Source: an uncultured Acidobacteriota bacterium
GTDB lineage: Bacteria > Acidobacteriota > UBA6911 > RPQK01 > JAPXNP01
DNA length: 64,000 nucleotides
Assembly (NCBI GenBank): GCA_963777605.1
Contig: CAVZRV010000008.1
Coordinates: forward strand, 449,761-513,760
Direction of reading: 5' to 3'
Shown piece by piece: positions 42,947 to 51,328 of the stretch (positions are counted from its first letter, which is position 1; every line of letters begins with the position of its first letter). The position numbers and the translations under genes were made by a program. The notes beneath the pieces are model-generated. The model was not told the origin of the DNA, did not search any database, and worked only from the letters and a program-made list of their open reading frames with translations.

Positions 42947-43856
42947 TCGGCCGGGCATACCCCGTCACGCCAATCTCTGCCATATGTACACGGTGACCAG
43001 CAATTTCACCACTTAATGTCACAAAGCGCATGTCGTCGTTGTTCGGATCAAGAATAACATGGGCACTCCGCGTAATCACTTCAACCAGTACGCCGCGCAC
43101 CGCCGCAACCGCAAGTCGCGCTTTCATTACCACAATCCGTGGATCATCAACTTCAATTCGACGGTAGGGCGCTTCATTTAATACCTCTACCTCCATGGCA
43201 GGGTGGTCAACCGACAGTAAGTCATACACTAAATTAGTATGTGCCTGAGTGATTTCTTCATGGCTAAATGGTCGCGTCGCCTTCATCACTTCAATACCGC
43301 CAACTTCAGGGCGTAGTGCCAGCAGCTTAAACGCCGAAGCAACATTACCTATCCCGGCACGAAGGCGCATTAACCGCTCTGCCTGACTTTTTGTAACGGG
43401 CGTATCATCACCAGTCAATTCCCGCAAAGCAGCGTCGTTACGCAGGCCTTTTAGCTCGTGCTGGGCAACGATTTCGCGTGCCACTGCATGCCACGTTCCT
43501 TCACTAATCAATGGTAGTGGCGAATGATTCTCTGCGTCAGCCTTGCCTTCGTATCGTGCCAGTTGGAACTGCCGCCAGGCTTCAACTTCTTCAGCCGTCT
43601 GCGGCAAGGGGAGCTTTTCGGTTTGCCAATTTTCCATATAGTCACGCGCTAAATCATCATAGCGGTAGCCGTTAACATACAGCATTAACGGATCGAGCGG
43701 TGTCGGGGAATAGGGGTTGTAGTAATACGGTGGATGTTCAAGATGGAGCGGTGCGCGCATGACACCAGCAATAGTGTCCGGATGAGTCTCGGTGAAAAAG
43801 CGTGGAGTCTGCTCGGCCCGGGGGCGGACGAACGTCTCATGCATTGTCTCACTCAT
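42903..43856 (-). CDS. Hypothetical protein
   Basis: 317 aa ORF; TTGACA-17-CAAAAT promoter 10 nt upstream. Confidence 0.7.
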   Translation of the reverse strand: MSETMHETFVRPRAEQTPRFFTETHPDTIAGVMRAPLHLEHPPYYYNPYSPTPLDPLMLYVNGYRYDDLARDYMENWQTEKLPLPQTAEEVEAWRQFQLARYEGKADAENHSPLPLISEGTWHAVAREIVAQHELKGLRNDAALRELTGDDTPVTKSQAERLMRLRAGIGNVASAFKLLALRPEVGGIEVMKATRPFSHEEITQAHTNLVYDLLSVDHPAMEVEVLNEAPYRRIEVDDPRIVVMKARLAVAAVRGVLVEVITRSAHVILDPNNDDMRFVTLSGEIAGHRVHMAEIGVTGYARPINSRAPHGDRINTV

Positions 43857-43952
43857 ATAACAGGCTATTTTGCACCCTAAACGTCATTTTGTCAATATTC
43901 CTATATCACCCTTGTCATTATTTGTAATTTCGATTATAATAATCATCAGACA

Positions 43953-44058
43953 TTACCAGAGACAGTAGCAGCAGGGGAAACCCGCTTAATCCGCTACCGA
44001 GGAGTGAAAATTACTTTCGTTCTAAAAGAAGTCTTTGCTGATGCAAGGGCTGTTTTTA
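43953..44058 (+). promoter_or_regulatory. Ribosomal protein L10 leader with downstream hairpin/T run
   Basis: CCAGAGACAGTAGC...TTAAT..GCTACCGAGG matches L10-leader core; promoter TTGTCA-17-TATAAT (43912-43940). Confidence 0.75.
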
Positions 44059-44125
44059 TAACACTGGCATGTCGCTACCTTTACAATGTGGTCGAACTAT
44101 TAAACCCTAACGGAGAATGTAATTT

Positions 44126-44650
44126 ATGGCAATTACTCGCGATAAAAAACACGCGTTAGTAAGTGAAATGAGTGAACTTTTAGCAGATGCTAAGATGACC
44201 GTATACGCACAGTACAACGGCCTTAGTGTGGCTGATTTACAAACACTTCGCCGCAATGCTCGTGAAGCTGGCGTTACCATTAAAGTGGTTAAAAACCGCT
44301 TGGTACGCGTCGCGTTTGCCGAGCAGGCAAAGTATAAAGACGTTGATACCGCCGACCTAGTTGGCCAGCTCCTCTACGCCGTCAGCACTGACGACGAAGT
44401 GGCGCCAGCCCAAGTGTTCGACAAATTCGCTAAAGACAACCCAGCGCTCCAAGTGGTGGGAGCTGTCAGCGGCGAGGCTGCAAAGCTATCAACCGACGAA
44501 GTGAAGGCGCTCGCTGGCTTGCCAAGCAAGAACCAGCTTATCGCCGAAGTGGTGGCTCAACTACTTTCACCAGTACACGATGTTACCAATGCGCTTTCAG
44601 GCAACCTCCACGGCTTGCTTGATGGTGTAGAAGCAAAGGCAAACGCCTAA
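44126..44650 (+). CDS. rplJ: 50S ribosomal protein L10
   Basis: YNGLSVADLQTLR, VVKNRL, LAGLPSK. Confidence 0.96.
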   Translation: MAITRDKKHALVSEMSELLADAKMTVYAQYNGLSVADLQTLRRNAREAGVTIKVVKNRLVRVAFAEQAKYKDVDTADLVGQLLYAVSTDDEVAPAQVFDKFAKDNPALQVVGAVSGEAAKLSTDEVKALAGLPSKNQLIAEVVAQLLSPVHDVTNALSGNLHGLLDGVEAKANA

Positions 44651-44710
44651 CATTTCACTAAGCTTACGCGTCAATAAGACGTAACGATATAGAATCAAAG
44701 GAGATTAACT

Positions 44711-45095
44711 ATGGCTGATGTAAAGAAACTCGCCGAAGAACTGACAAAACTGACAGTTCTCGAAGTAAACGAACTAAAGAATGTCCTCAAAGACGAATAC
44801 GGCATCGAACCTGCTGCTGCAGCTGTTGCTGTTGCAGGCCCTGCTGCTGGCGGTGACGCTGGTGCAGACTGCTGCCGACGAAAAGACCGAATTCACCGTC
44901 AACCTTAAAGACGCTGGTGCGCAAAAAGTTGCTGTGATCAAGGCTGTGAAAGAAATCACCGGCCTTGGCCTTGGTGAAGCAAAGGCGCTTGTAGACAACG
45001 CGCCAAGTGCTATCCTTGAAAAGGCTGGCAAAGACGACGCTGAAAACGCCAAGAAGCTTCTTGAAGAAGCTGGCGCAAGCGTAGAACTTGCCTAA
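44711..45095 (+). CDS. rplL: 50S ribosomal protein L7/L12; one frameshift near 44870 (likely sequencing error)
   Basis: [19 protein letters not shown] in one frame; [25 protein letters not shown] in the next. Confidence 0.93.
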
Positions 45096-45128
45096 GTTCA
45101 CTTGTTAACACCCGACCACTTGTAAACG

Positions 45129-45159
45129 AACTGCCCCTCTAGCTTGAGGGGCAGTTTTT
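45129..45159 (+). terminator. Intrinsic terminator after rplL
   Basis: AACTGCCCCTC-TAGCTT-GAGGGGCAGTT plus T run. Confidence 0.8.
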
Positions 45160-45162
45160 GTA

Positions 45163-45191
45163 TTGACTATTTATGCTGATTATGCTATAAT
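45163..45191 (+). promoter_or_regulatory. sigma70 promoter of ORF 45228
   Basis: TTGACT-17-TATAAT with extended -10 TG. Confidence 0.8.
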
Positions 45192-45227
45192 GATAATGAT
45201 AAGCCATCCATCTACGAAGGGAACCAC

Positions 45228-45902
45228 ATGGCTCGTACCTTTGCCATCGACTACTACGAGTTCGACGACGACACTTGGAGCGACAGCGTCCAGGGCGTTC
45301 AGGTCAAGGCGCGCAGCGCCTCCGACCTGGCCCTCATCGCGAGCGCCACGCCGCCCGTCGTCCACATGCCCAAGTGGGAGCTCTACCGCGAGCGCCAGCC
45401 CATGACGCGTGCCCGGCGTAACCGCCAGTACACGCGCATGGACCGTTGGCACAAGCGCGAGCACGCCGCCGCCATGGCCGCCCAGAAGGCGCGCCGTGAC
45501 GACGAGGCCACTTGGGGTGTCGAGAGCGACCCCTACGCCCACTTGCACGACGCGGAGTGGGACCACTGCGACGAGCTGGACTGCTGGAGCCCCTGCGGCT
45601 GCTACGGACCGTGCTTCCACGAAGAGGCTGGCACCGTGCACCCCACGGAGCAGCAGCGCGAGCTGTTCGCAGCCGTCGCACCCATCACCGCTCTGCCGGT
45701 GCAGATCCTGCCGACGAAGCGCAGCGAGAAGTCGACGCTGATGAAGCGTCCGTCGCCCTCGCCGGTTCGCCGCAAGAGCGCACCGCAGCCGCAGTTGCCG
45801 CCGCACCTGCGCGTCCCCGAGAACGAGGAGCGCTGGCGCGACGGGCACCGTGGTGGTCGCGGCACCAAGGGTCGTCACCGCATGGTGCGGCTCGTCAGCT
45901 AG
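45228..45902 (+). CDS. Very GC-rich hypothetical protein with Cys cluster and basic C-terminus ending RLVS
   Basis: GAAGGGAACCAC-ATG RBS, strong G/C third-position bias, CDELDCWSPCGCYGPC. Confidence 0.75.
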   Translation: MARTFAIDYYEFDDDTWSDSVQGVQVKARSASDLALIASATPPVVHMPKWELYRERQPMTRARRNRQYTRMDRWHKREHAAAMAAQKARRDDEATWGVESDPYAHLHDAEWDHCDELDCWSPCGCYGPCFHEEAGTVHPTEQQRELFAAVAPITALPVQILPTKRSEKSTLMKRPSPSPVRRKSAPQPQLPPHLRVPENEERWRDGHRGGRGTKGRHRMVRLVS

Positions 45903-45914
45903 CGCTGGCATCCT

Positions 45915-45970
45915 GAGGCCTGGTACCCTCGATGAACCCCTAGTGGGAACATCGGGGGTCACCAGGCCTC
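45915..45970 (+). other. Conserved C-bulged hairpin, copy 1
   Basis: GAGGCCTGGT-ACCCTCGATG...CATCGGGGGT-C-ACCAGGCCTC; homologous to 46871-46927. Confidence 0.75.
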
Positions 45971-45984
45971 TTCGCATAGAAAAA

Positions 45985-46029
45985 ACCCGCAGTGGCGGTA
46001 GTCGATTCTACGACTACCGCTCTGCGGGT
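45985..46029 (-). terminator. Long bulged terminator of ORF 46046-46558
   Basis: ACCCGCAG..GCGGTAGTCG-loop-CGACTACCGC.CTGCGGGT with A run on + strand. Confidence 0.7.
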
Positions 46030-46045
46030 GTTGCGCTTTAGCGCA

Positions 46046-46558
46046 CTATGAAGGTGGCGTGAGCGGTTCGAACTGTAGCTCACCGCCTACACGACGATAG
46101 CGACCATAGATCCTGCCTGGCTGGCCAACGATCTGACGCCTGAACGCCCGCGTGACATCAAACGCGACCCACTCTCCCTCAAGCTCCAGCTTAGCTGTTC
46201 GCGGGAACATCGCGTCATCTGCACCAATCATGTTAGCGTATTCAGCGGCAGTGGTTTGTAGCCGTGGGACGCCGTGCCGCACAGGGAAGTAGTACCCCGT
46301 GATATCAAACCACCCCAGTTTCCATAGCTCCTCCTGGCGGTGTTCACGCCACAAGCACAACAGCAGCACTGCAACGAGACCGAGAATACCAGCCGACAGA
46401 ATGACACCAGGCACCAACGCGCGGCGTGATGCAAAAATCATCACAACACCGATCACCGTGATTGCGCCTGCGGCGAGACCCAGAATTGTTCCAAGATCTT
46501 CCAGGCGCTTATAATGGCGCACAAGGCCAGGATCCTCATATACTTCCGTAGACCGCAT
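46046..46558 (-). CDS. 2-TM hypothetical membrane protein (cassette class)
   Basis: AAAGGAGGAG SD before ATG 46558; TTGCTA-17-TAAAAT promoter. Confidence 0.75.
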   Translation of the reverse strand: MRSTEVYEDPGLVRHYKRLEDLGTILGLAAGAITVIGVVMIFASRRALVPGVILSAGILGLVAVLLLCLWREHRQEELWKLGWFDITGYYFPVRHGVPRLQTTAAEYANMIGADDAMFPRTAKLELEGEWVAFDVTRAFRRQIVGQPGRIYGRYRRVGGELQFEPLTPPS

Positions 46559-46638
46559 GGCTCCTCCTTTTAGTAGGGTCGTGGGCACAGAATAGGCATA
46601 TTTTATACTTTTTTTCATATTTTAGCAAGGTATAGTTA

Positions 46639-46667
46639 TTGACATTTTATACTGCTTGTGCTATAAT
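46639..46667 (+). promoter_or_regulatory. Consensus sigma70 promoter of small RLVS ORF
   Basis: TTGACA-17-TATAAT with extended -10 TG. Confidence 0.82.
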
Positions 46668-46714
46668 AGTAAACGTAAGTCGATTCATACCCGTCGTCCC
46701 CGAAAGGACACCAC

Positions 46715-46865
46715 ATGTCGACCAGCACCACCCAGCCCCAGCCCAGTGCACCGGCAGCGCCGCATCACCAACAGCAGTGCGCTGCCGAAGCACCTGCGCA
46801 CCGAGGAGCCGCGCCGTGAGCGCCGCTCCAGCCCCGGCCATTCCGGCCCGCGCCTGGTCAGCTGA
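46715..46865 (+). CDS. ~50-aa basic peptide homologous to the C-terminus of ORF 45228; needs one frameshift near 46730
   Basis: GAAAGGACACCAC-ATG RBS; shifted frame gives PSPSPV...LPKHLR...RLVS-stop. Confidence 0.6.
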
Positions 46866-46870
46866 GACCT

Positions 46871-46927
46871 GAGGTCTGGCGCCCCTGATGATACCCACCC
46901 ATGGGACATCGGGGGCCGCCAGGCCTC
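46871..46927 (+). other. Conserved C-bulged hairpin, copy 2
   Basis: GAGGTCTGGC-GCCCCTGATG...CATCGGGGGC-C-GCCAGGCCTC; compensatory changes relative to copy 1. Confidence 0.75.
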
Positions 46928-46984
46928 TTCGCTTTTTCAAAAAAGTACTTGCGTAAGCACTATATGTGGTGTAGTATCAGAGGC

Positions 46985-47056
46985 ATGAGCCGTATGAATA
47001 TCATTATTAGCATCATTATTCGCCCCCGCGAAGCGGTGCTAGTTGCTCATACGTAA
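46985..47056 (+). CDS. Ile-rich attenuator leader peptide MSRMNIIISIIIRPREAVLVAHT
   Basis: Six Ile codons at 47000-47020; TTGCGT-17-TAGTAT promoter 7 nt upstream; terminator follows. Confidence 0.8.
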   Translation: MSRMNIIISIIIRPREAVLVAHT

Positions 47057-47080
47057 AAATAACCCTACGAACCAAAAGAG

Positions 47081-47107
47081 CTCCCGGCACTGCAGCCGGG
47101 AGTTTTT
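47081..47107 (+). terminator. Attenuator terminator upstream of threonine dehydratase-like gene
   Basis: CTCCCGGC-ACTGCA-GCCGGGAG-TTTTT; alternative pairing of 47033-47048 with 47078-47093. Confidence 0.82.
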
Positions 47108-47139
47108 CATTTTCGTAACAAGAGGATAAGGAGAATACC

Positions 47140-48208
47140 ATGTCAGATCTATACAAACCAGGGCACTTCGACCCAAAACCAGACACCGTCATGCCAGGTG
47201 AGACTGCGCTTAGCGATTGTCGATGCGTTTCGCGGGGAAGCCGACGACAGGGCGCGCATGGAAGATCTGGAGTGCGAGTTCCCATTTTTTGCCCAGCGAT
47301 ACGGCCTCCGCGGCGTTGCACTGATGGATTTGGCCGACAACCAAGCCGGTGCATTTAAATGGCGCGGTGCAGTGACGGGGTTGGTGCACCATATGGAAGA
47401 TGGTGCTGACCATTTTGTTGCACCAAGTGCCGGCAATCATGCACGCGGCGCAATCTTAGCCGCGCGCTGGTTCAACCAACACCTGACGGTTGCCGTTCCT
47501 AGTTCTGCGCCGCCCAGCAAGCGTGAAATGCTGAACGAGCTATGGGGCTCGCATATGCTTGATGTGCGCACCGTGGGCGCAACCTTTAACGACTCACTGG
47601 CCTGGGCGCTGAGTTCACCGTACGCGATGCTCCACCCATTTGATGATGAAGCCGTGATGGCCGGGCAGGGCACTGCGCTTGATGACGTGCTGGCTGGTCG
47701 CCCAGAAACACAGCATGTGGTACTACCAAGTGGTGGCGCAGGCCTCGGTGGTGGTGTCGTAAGGCGCCGTGACGAATTAGGGCGCCAGGACGTGGCTATC
47801 CATCTCGTGCAAGCATCTGGGAGTAACAGTTTAAGTAATAGCTTACAGCGCGGTGAGCTGACATCCGCCGACGCACCGAACCACTTATACGGTGGCGCGC
47901 ATGTCGAGCGCGTTGGGGTACACCCGCTCACGCAGGTTGCCCGTGGCGAAAATGTGTTTGTTCATACCGTGCCAGAAGCCGATATGGATGAACTGCGCGA
48001 CCTGTATAGTCATGGTCGCGAAGTTTTGTTGCGTGAAGACACTCCGAACTTTGAACCGACATCGCTGCTCGCCGTCGCCGCGTTAAAACGGCTACAACTC
48101 ACGGGTGATGTTACCGTGCTTGGCACGGGTAAAAATGACAGTATTTACCCCCAAACAGCCGCCCGCGGTCGGCGCAACATGGTGTGGTATGGCCCGCAAG
48201 CTGCCTAG
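47140..48208 (+). CDS. Threonine/serine dehydratase-like PLP enzyme without regulatory domain; frameshift near 47205-47215
   Basis: AAGGAG SD at ATG 47140; GAFKWRGA, PSAGNHARG, HPFDD..MAGQGT, PSGGAGL in the 47198 frame. Confidence 0.82.
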
Positions 48209-48342
48209 TATTGCATAAAATACAACGCTTTTGATTATGCCTCTGTTTATCTTGTGGATAAGAATTTCCTTGACATCGCCGCACCCGAGTAGTATATAAT
48301 GAGGTCAGTATCACCCAAAAACAGACAAAGGAATGCGAGAAT

Positions 48343-48861
48343 ATGTCTGAATTACCAGAAAAACAGGTAAAGCGTTTAAAATCGTTGATCCAAGAAGCAG
48401 AAACGAACTTAGCAGCAGCCAAAGAATTGTTAATGAGCATCATCGGAGACGATGGCACTGTTGTACTCGGGCAATAGTCAGGCAGCGAAGAAGTCAGCGG
48501 TAAAGTTGTCGAAGGTGTTTTTGATGGCCAGGTTATGATTGGCCCAGATGGCAAAAGCTACCCTGTACCGGCCAACTACGCCAGTAAATCAAAACTTGTT
48601 GAAGGGGACATCCTTAAACTTACCATTGCCGATGACGGTGGCTTTATTTATAAACAAATTGGCCCAATTGCGCGCAAGCAAATTATTGGTACGCTCGTAC
48701 AGCATGACGGCGCCTACTATGTAGAAGCCAACGGTCGAGAATACCGCATCTTGCTTGCCAGCGTCACCTACTTCCGTATTAATATTGGCGACCAAGTCAC
48801 CATTATTGTTCCAGAAGACAACCCAGATGCTACCTGGGCAGCTGTTGAAGCCGCGCTCTAG
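48343..48861 (+). CDS. Conserved CPR-type hypothetical protein interrupted by in-frame TAG at 48475
   Basis: ATG 48343 in frame with 48535; EGVFDGQVMIGPDGKSYPVPANYASKSKLVEGD. Confidence 0.7.
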
Positions 48862-48961
48862 CCTATAGCACTAATACGAATACACATCCCTGAGTGGTTT
48901 GTGTATTTTTATTTTTATAGTATAATATATACGACATATCCCCGCACACGGAGGTGGAGTA

Positions 48962-49132
48962 ATGGTCTTCATACTTCCAGCAATCATGATCGTGCTCGGA
49001 CTCGCATTCCTTGGCCTCGGGCAGCGCAGCCAGACAGGCAAAAACCAGCGAGCGTGGAGCGCACTGGGGACATCATGCGTAATCCTTGCGTTTATCGCAC
49101 TCATCGCTGGGGCCATCATGTCATCGTGGTAA
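48962..49132 (+). CDS. 56-aa two-TM small membrane protein (below ORF-track cutoff; cassette class)
   Basis: GGAGGTGGAG SD; MVFILPAIMIVLGLAFLGLG...CVILAFIALIAGAIMSSW; TATAAT at 48921; hairpin ACCAGGTAG..CTACCTGGT plus T run. Confidence 0.75.
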   Translation: MVFILPAIMIVLGLAFLGLGQRSQTGKNQRAWSALGTSCVILAFIALIAGAIMSSW

Positions 49133-49286
49133 CTCAACCACACCACCAGGTAGCTTGCAGGCTTTGCTTAGCGAATACTACCTGGTTTTTTATTGTCAAT
49201 TTTACGGCCCCCAGCATGAGCGTATTGCGCTATACTAGCTACAAACGAACGGGTGGAGTTTAGAAGAGTAGGGGAATAATCAATCA

Positions 49287-49889
49287 ATGGCAAAGCTCAA
49301 TTTTCGCTATGGCGCGATGAACTGCGGCAAAAGCGACACCATGATCAGCACGGCGTTTAACTACACCGAAAACGGGCACAACGTCGTGACGATGATGCCT
49401 GGCTTCATGATGCGCGAACCCGGTTATACAACATCGCGTGCAGGCAAAAAGTGGGAAATTGACATTACTACCGACAACGAAACGGATGTGTACAATGCCT
49501 ATCATCGCTATATTGGTAGCGGGCTCATCCAGTGCGTATTGGTCGATGAAGCAACCTTTATGACGCCTGAACAAATTGACGATTTAGAACGAATCGCCAA
49601 ACTCGACGGTACATCGGTGATTGCATACGGTATCCGCACCAACATTCAGCGAAACCTGTTTGATGGCGCGAAGAGATTATTTGAACTCGCCGATACCATT
49701 GAAAACATGCCAACCATGTGTACCTGCGGCTCACGTGCCGAGTTTAACGGCCGCTTTGTTGATGGCGTCTTCCACGTCGGTGAGCCTATCGTGTGGCTCG
49801 ACAACGACCCTGGCCATGTAAAATACCAGTCGATGTGCGGTACCTGCTACCTTGAAAACCTTGCAATCCCCGGGGCAATAACCGAATAA
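49287..49889 (+). CDS. tdk: Thymidine kinase
   Basis: YGAMNCGKS, LVDEATF, IAYGIRTN, CTCG, SMCGTC. Confidence 0.92.
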   Translation: MAKLNFRYGAMNCGKSDTMISTAFNYTENGHNVVTMMPGFMMREPGYTTSRAGKKWEIDITTDNETDVYNAYHRYIGSGLIQCVLVDEATFMTPEQIDDLERIAKLDGTSVIAYGIRTNIQRNLFDGAKRLFELADTIENMPTMCTCGSRAEFNGRFVDGVFHVGEPIVWLDNDPGHVKYQSMCGTCYLENLAIPGAITE

Positions 49890-49933
49890 ATCACAACAGT
49901 TTATTGCGCGGAACCAAGCTATAATAATAGGCA

Positions 49934-51328
49934 ATGGGGCAGGCGTTATATCGTAAATATCGTTCACGGTCGCTCGACGAAATCGTCGGGCAGTCGCATA
50001 TTACGGCCATTTTACAGCGCGCGATTACAAGCGGCAACGTGGGGCACGCCTACCTACTCACAGGGCCAAAGGGTGTGGGGAAGACGTCAATTGCACGCAT
50101 ATTGGCACACGAAATCAATAAACTGCCGTATAGCGATGAATCGGATCATTTAGACATTATTGAAATCGACGCAGCCAGTAATAATAGCGTAGAAGACGTG
50201 CGTGATTTACGCGATAAAGTACGCATTGCACCCTCAAGCGCTGCTTACAAAATCTACATTATTGACGAAGTCCACATGCTGTCAAAGCAAGCATTCAATG
50301 CACTCCTAAAAACACTCGAAGAACCGCCAGCTCATGTCATTTTCATTCTAGCTACTACCGACGCCGATAAATTACCTGCGACGATTTTAAGCCGCGTGCA
50401 ACGCTTCAACTTCCGCACCATTCAACCTGCCGACGCAGCACGCCACTTGCGCCGCATTGCCGATGAAGAAAAGATTGCGATTACCGACGACGCCTTATCA
50501 CTGATTGCCCAACACGGCCGCGGTAGCTTCCGCGATAGCATTAGTTTGCTTGATCAGCTGCAACACATCGCCAGCGACATGATTACACCGAAAGATGTCG
50601 AGGGTGTGCTCGGCCTCGCCAGCTCGGCACTTGTCAGCGAATTACTCTCGGCCTACGATGCGGGTGATTTGCCCACCGTTGTACGCTTACTCGATACCGC
50701 CGAATCACAAGGTACATCAGCCGTGCAATTAATTGATCAACTCAGCTTTTACATCCGCGAACACATCCTAGAAGAACCACACCATCTCGCGCTACTCGAC
50801 CGCTTACTCGATGCTCGCCGCAGCAGTTGGCCAGACCTAAAGCTCCTCAGCACCCTCGCCGGAACTACCCCAGCAGTCACGCCAGCTGCCACCACAATAC
50901 GCACACCAGCACCTGCGGCCCAAGCGCCATCATCCCCAGCAGCAGCCCCCGTGGTTCCTAAAACCCAACCAGATGTAAAACCACCAAGTGCACCCGCCGA
51001 ACCAACCGAGCCAACGCCCCAAACCCGTGCAAGTGAGTTCCCGTGGACCGACTTTTTGACTGAGCTAAAAAGTAGAGCAATGGGTGCGCATACGTTAGTG
51101 AATAAGTGCGGTCATGAGTTTAATGGCAATACGCTGACAATTTTCGCAGGACGCAGCTTTACTAAGAAACAAATCGAAAAAGCACTGCCCGCCCTGCGTG
51201 AAGCGATGGAAGCAGTCGGTGTTAGCGATGCTGAAATTAGCGTCAGTGCTACCGCAAAACCACCCAAGGATAGCAAAACTGCAGAAATCCTTGCTATGAT
51301 GGGTGGAGGAGAAGAGGTGACCCTGTAA
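49934..51328 (+). CDS. dnaX: DNA polymerase III subunit gamma/tau
   Basis: LYRKYR, GPKGVGKTS, EIDAAS, IIDEVHMLS, LLKTLEEPP. Confidence 0.97.
   Translation: MGQALYRKYRSRSLDEIVGQSHITAILQRAITSGNVGHAYLLTGPKGVGKTSIARILAHEINKLPYSDESDHLDIIEIDAASNNSVEDVRDLRDKVRIAPSSAAYKIYIIDEVHMLSKQAFNALLKTLEEPPAHVIFILATTDADKLPATILSRVQRFNFRTIQPADAARHLRRIADEEKIAITDDALSLIAQHGRGSFRDSISLLDQLQHIASDMITPKDVEGVLGLASSALVSELLSAYDAGDLPTVVRLLDTAESQGTSAVQLIDQLSFYIREHILEEPHHLALLDRLLDARRSSWPDLKLLSTLAGTTPAVTPAATTIRTPAPAAQAPSSPAAAPVVPKTQPDVKPPSAPAEPTEPTPQTRASEFPWTDFLTELKSRAMGAHTLVNKCGHEFNGNTLTIFAGRSFTKKQIEKALPALREAMEAVGVSDAEISVSATAKPPKDSKTAEILAMMGGGEEVTL

Noticed and set aside
26991-46041. Antisense/alternative-frame ORFs over the GC-rich cassette genes (26991+, 31003-, 39377+, 45180-)
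   Set aside because: Promoter, SD, terminator and codon bias all support the other strand
45915-46927. The paired hairpins as integron attC sites or CRISPR repeats
   Set aside because: No RYYYAAC/GTTRRRY boxes, no integrase or cas gene, only two copies and no regular spacers
26403-46932. Prophage in the orphan-rich region
   Set aside because: No structural, terminase, integrase or replication genes; orphans are interleaved with core ribosomal genes
46958-46971. CACTATATGTGGTG resembling an NrdR box in the leader-peptide promoter spacer
   Set aside because: Single copy, and no nucleotide-metabolism gene is downstream; NrdR boxes usually occur in tandem
48253-48261. DnaA box as a sign of oriC
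   Set aside because: Only one perfect box and no dnaA/dnaN context
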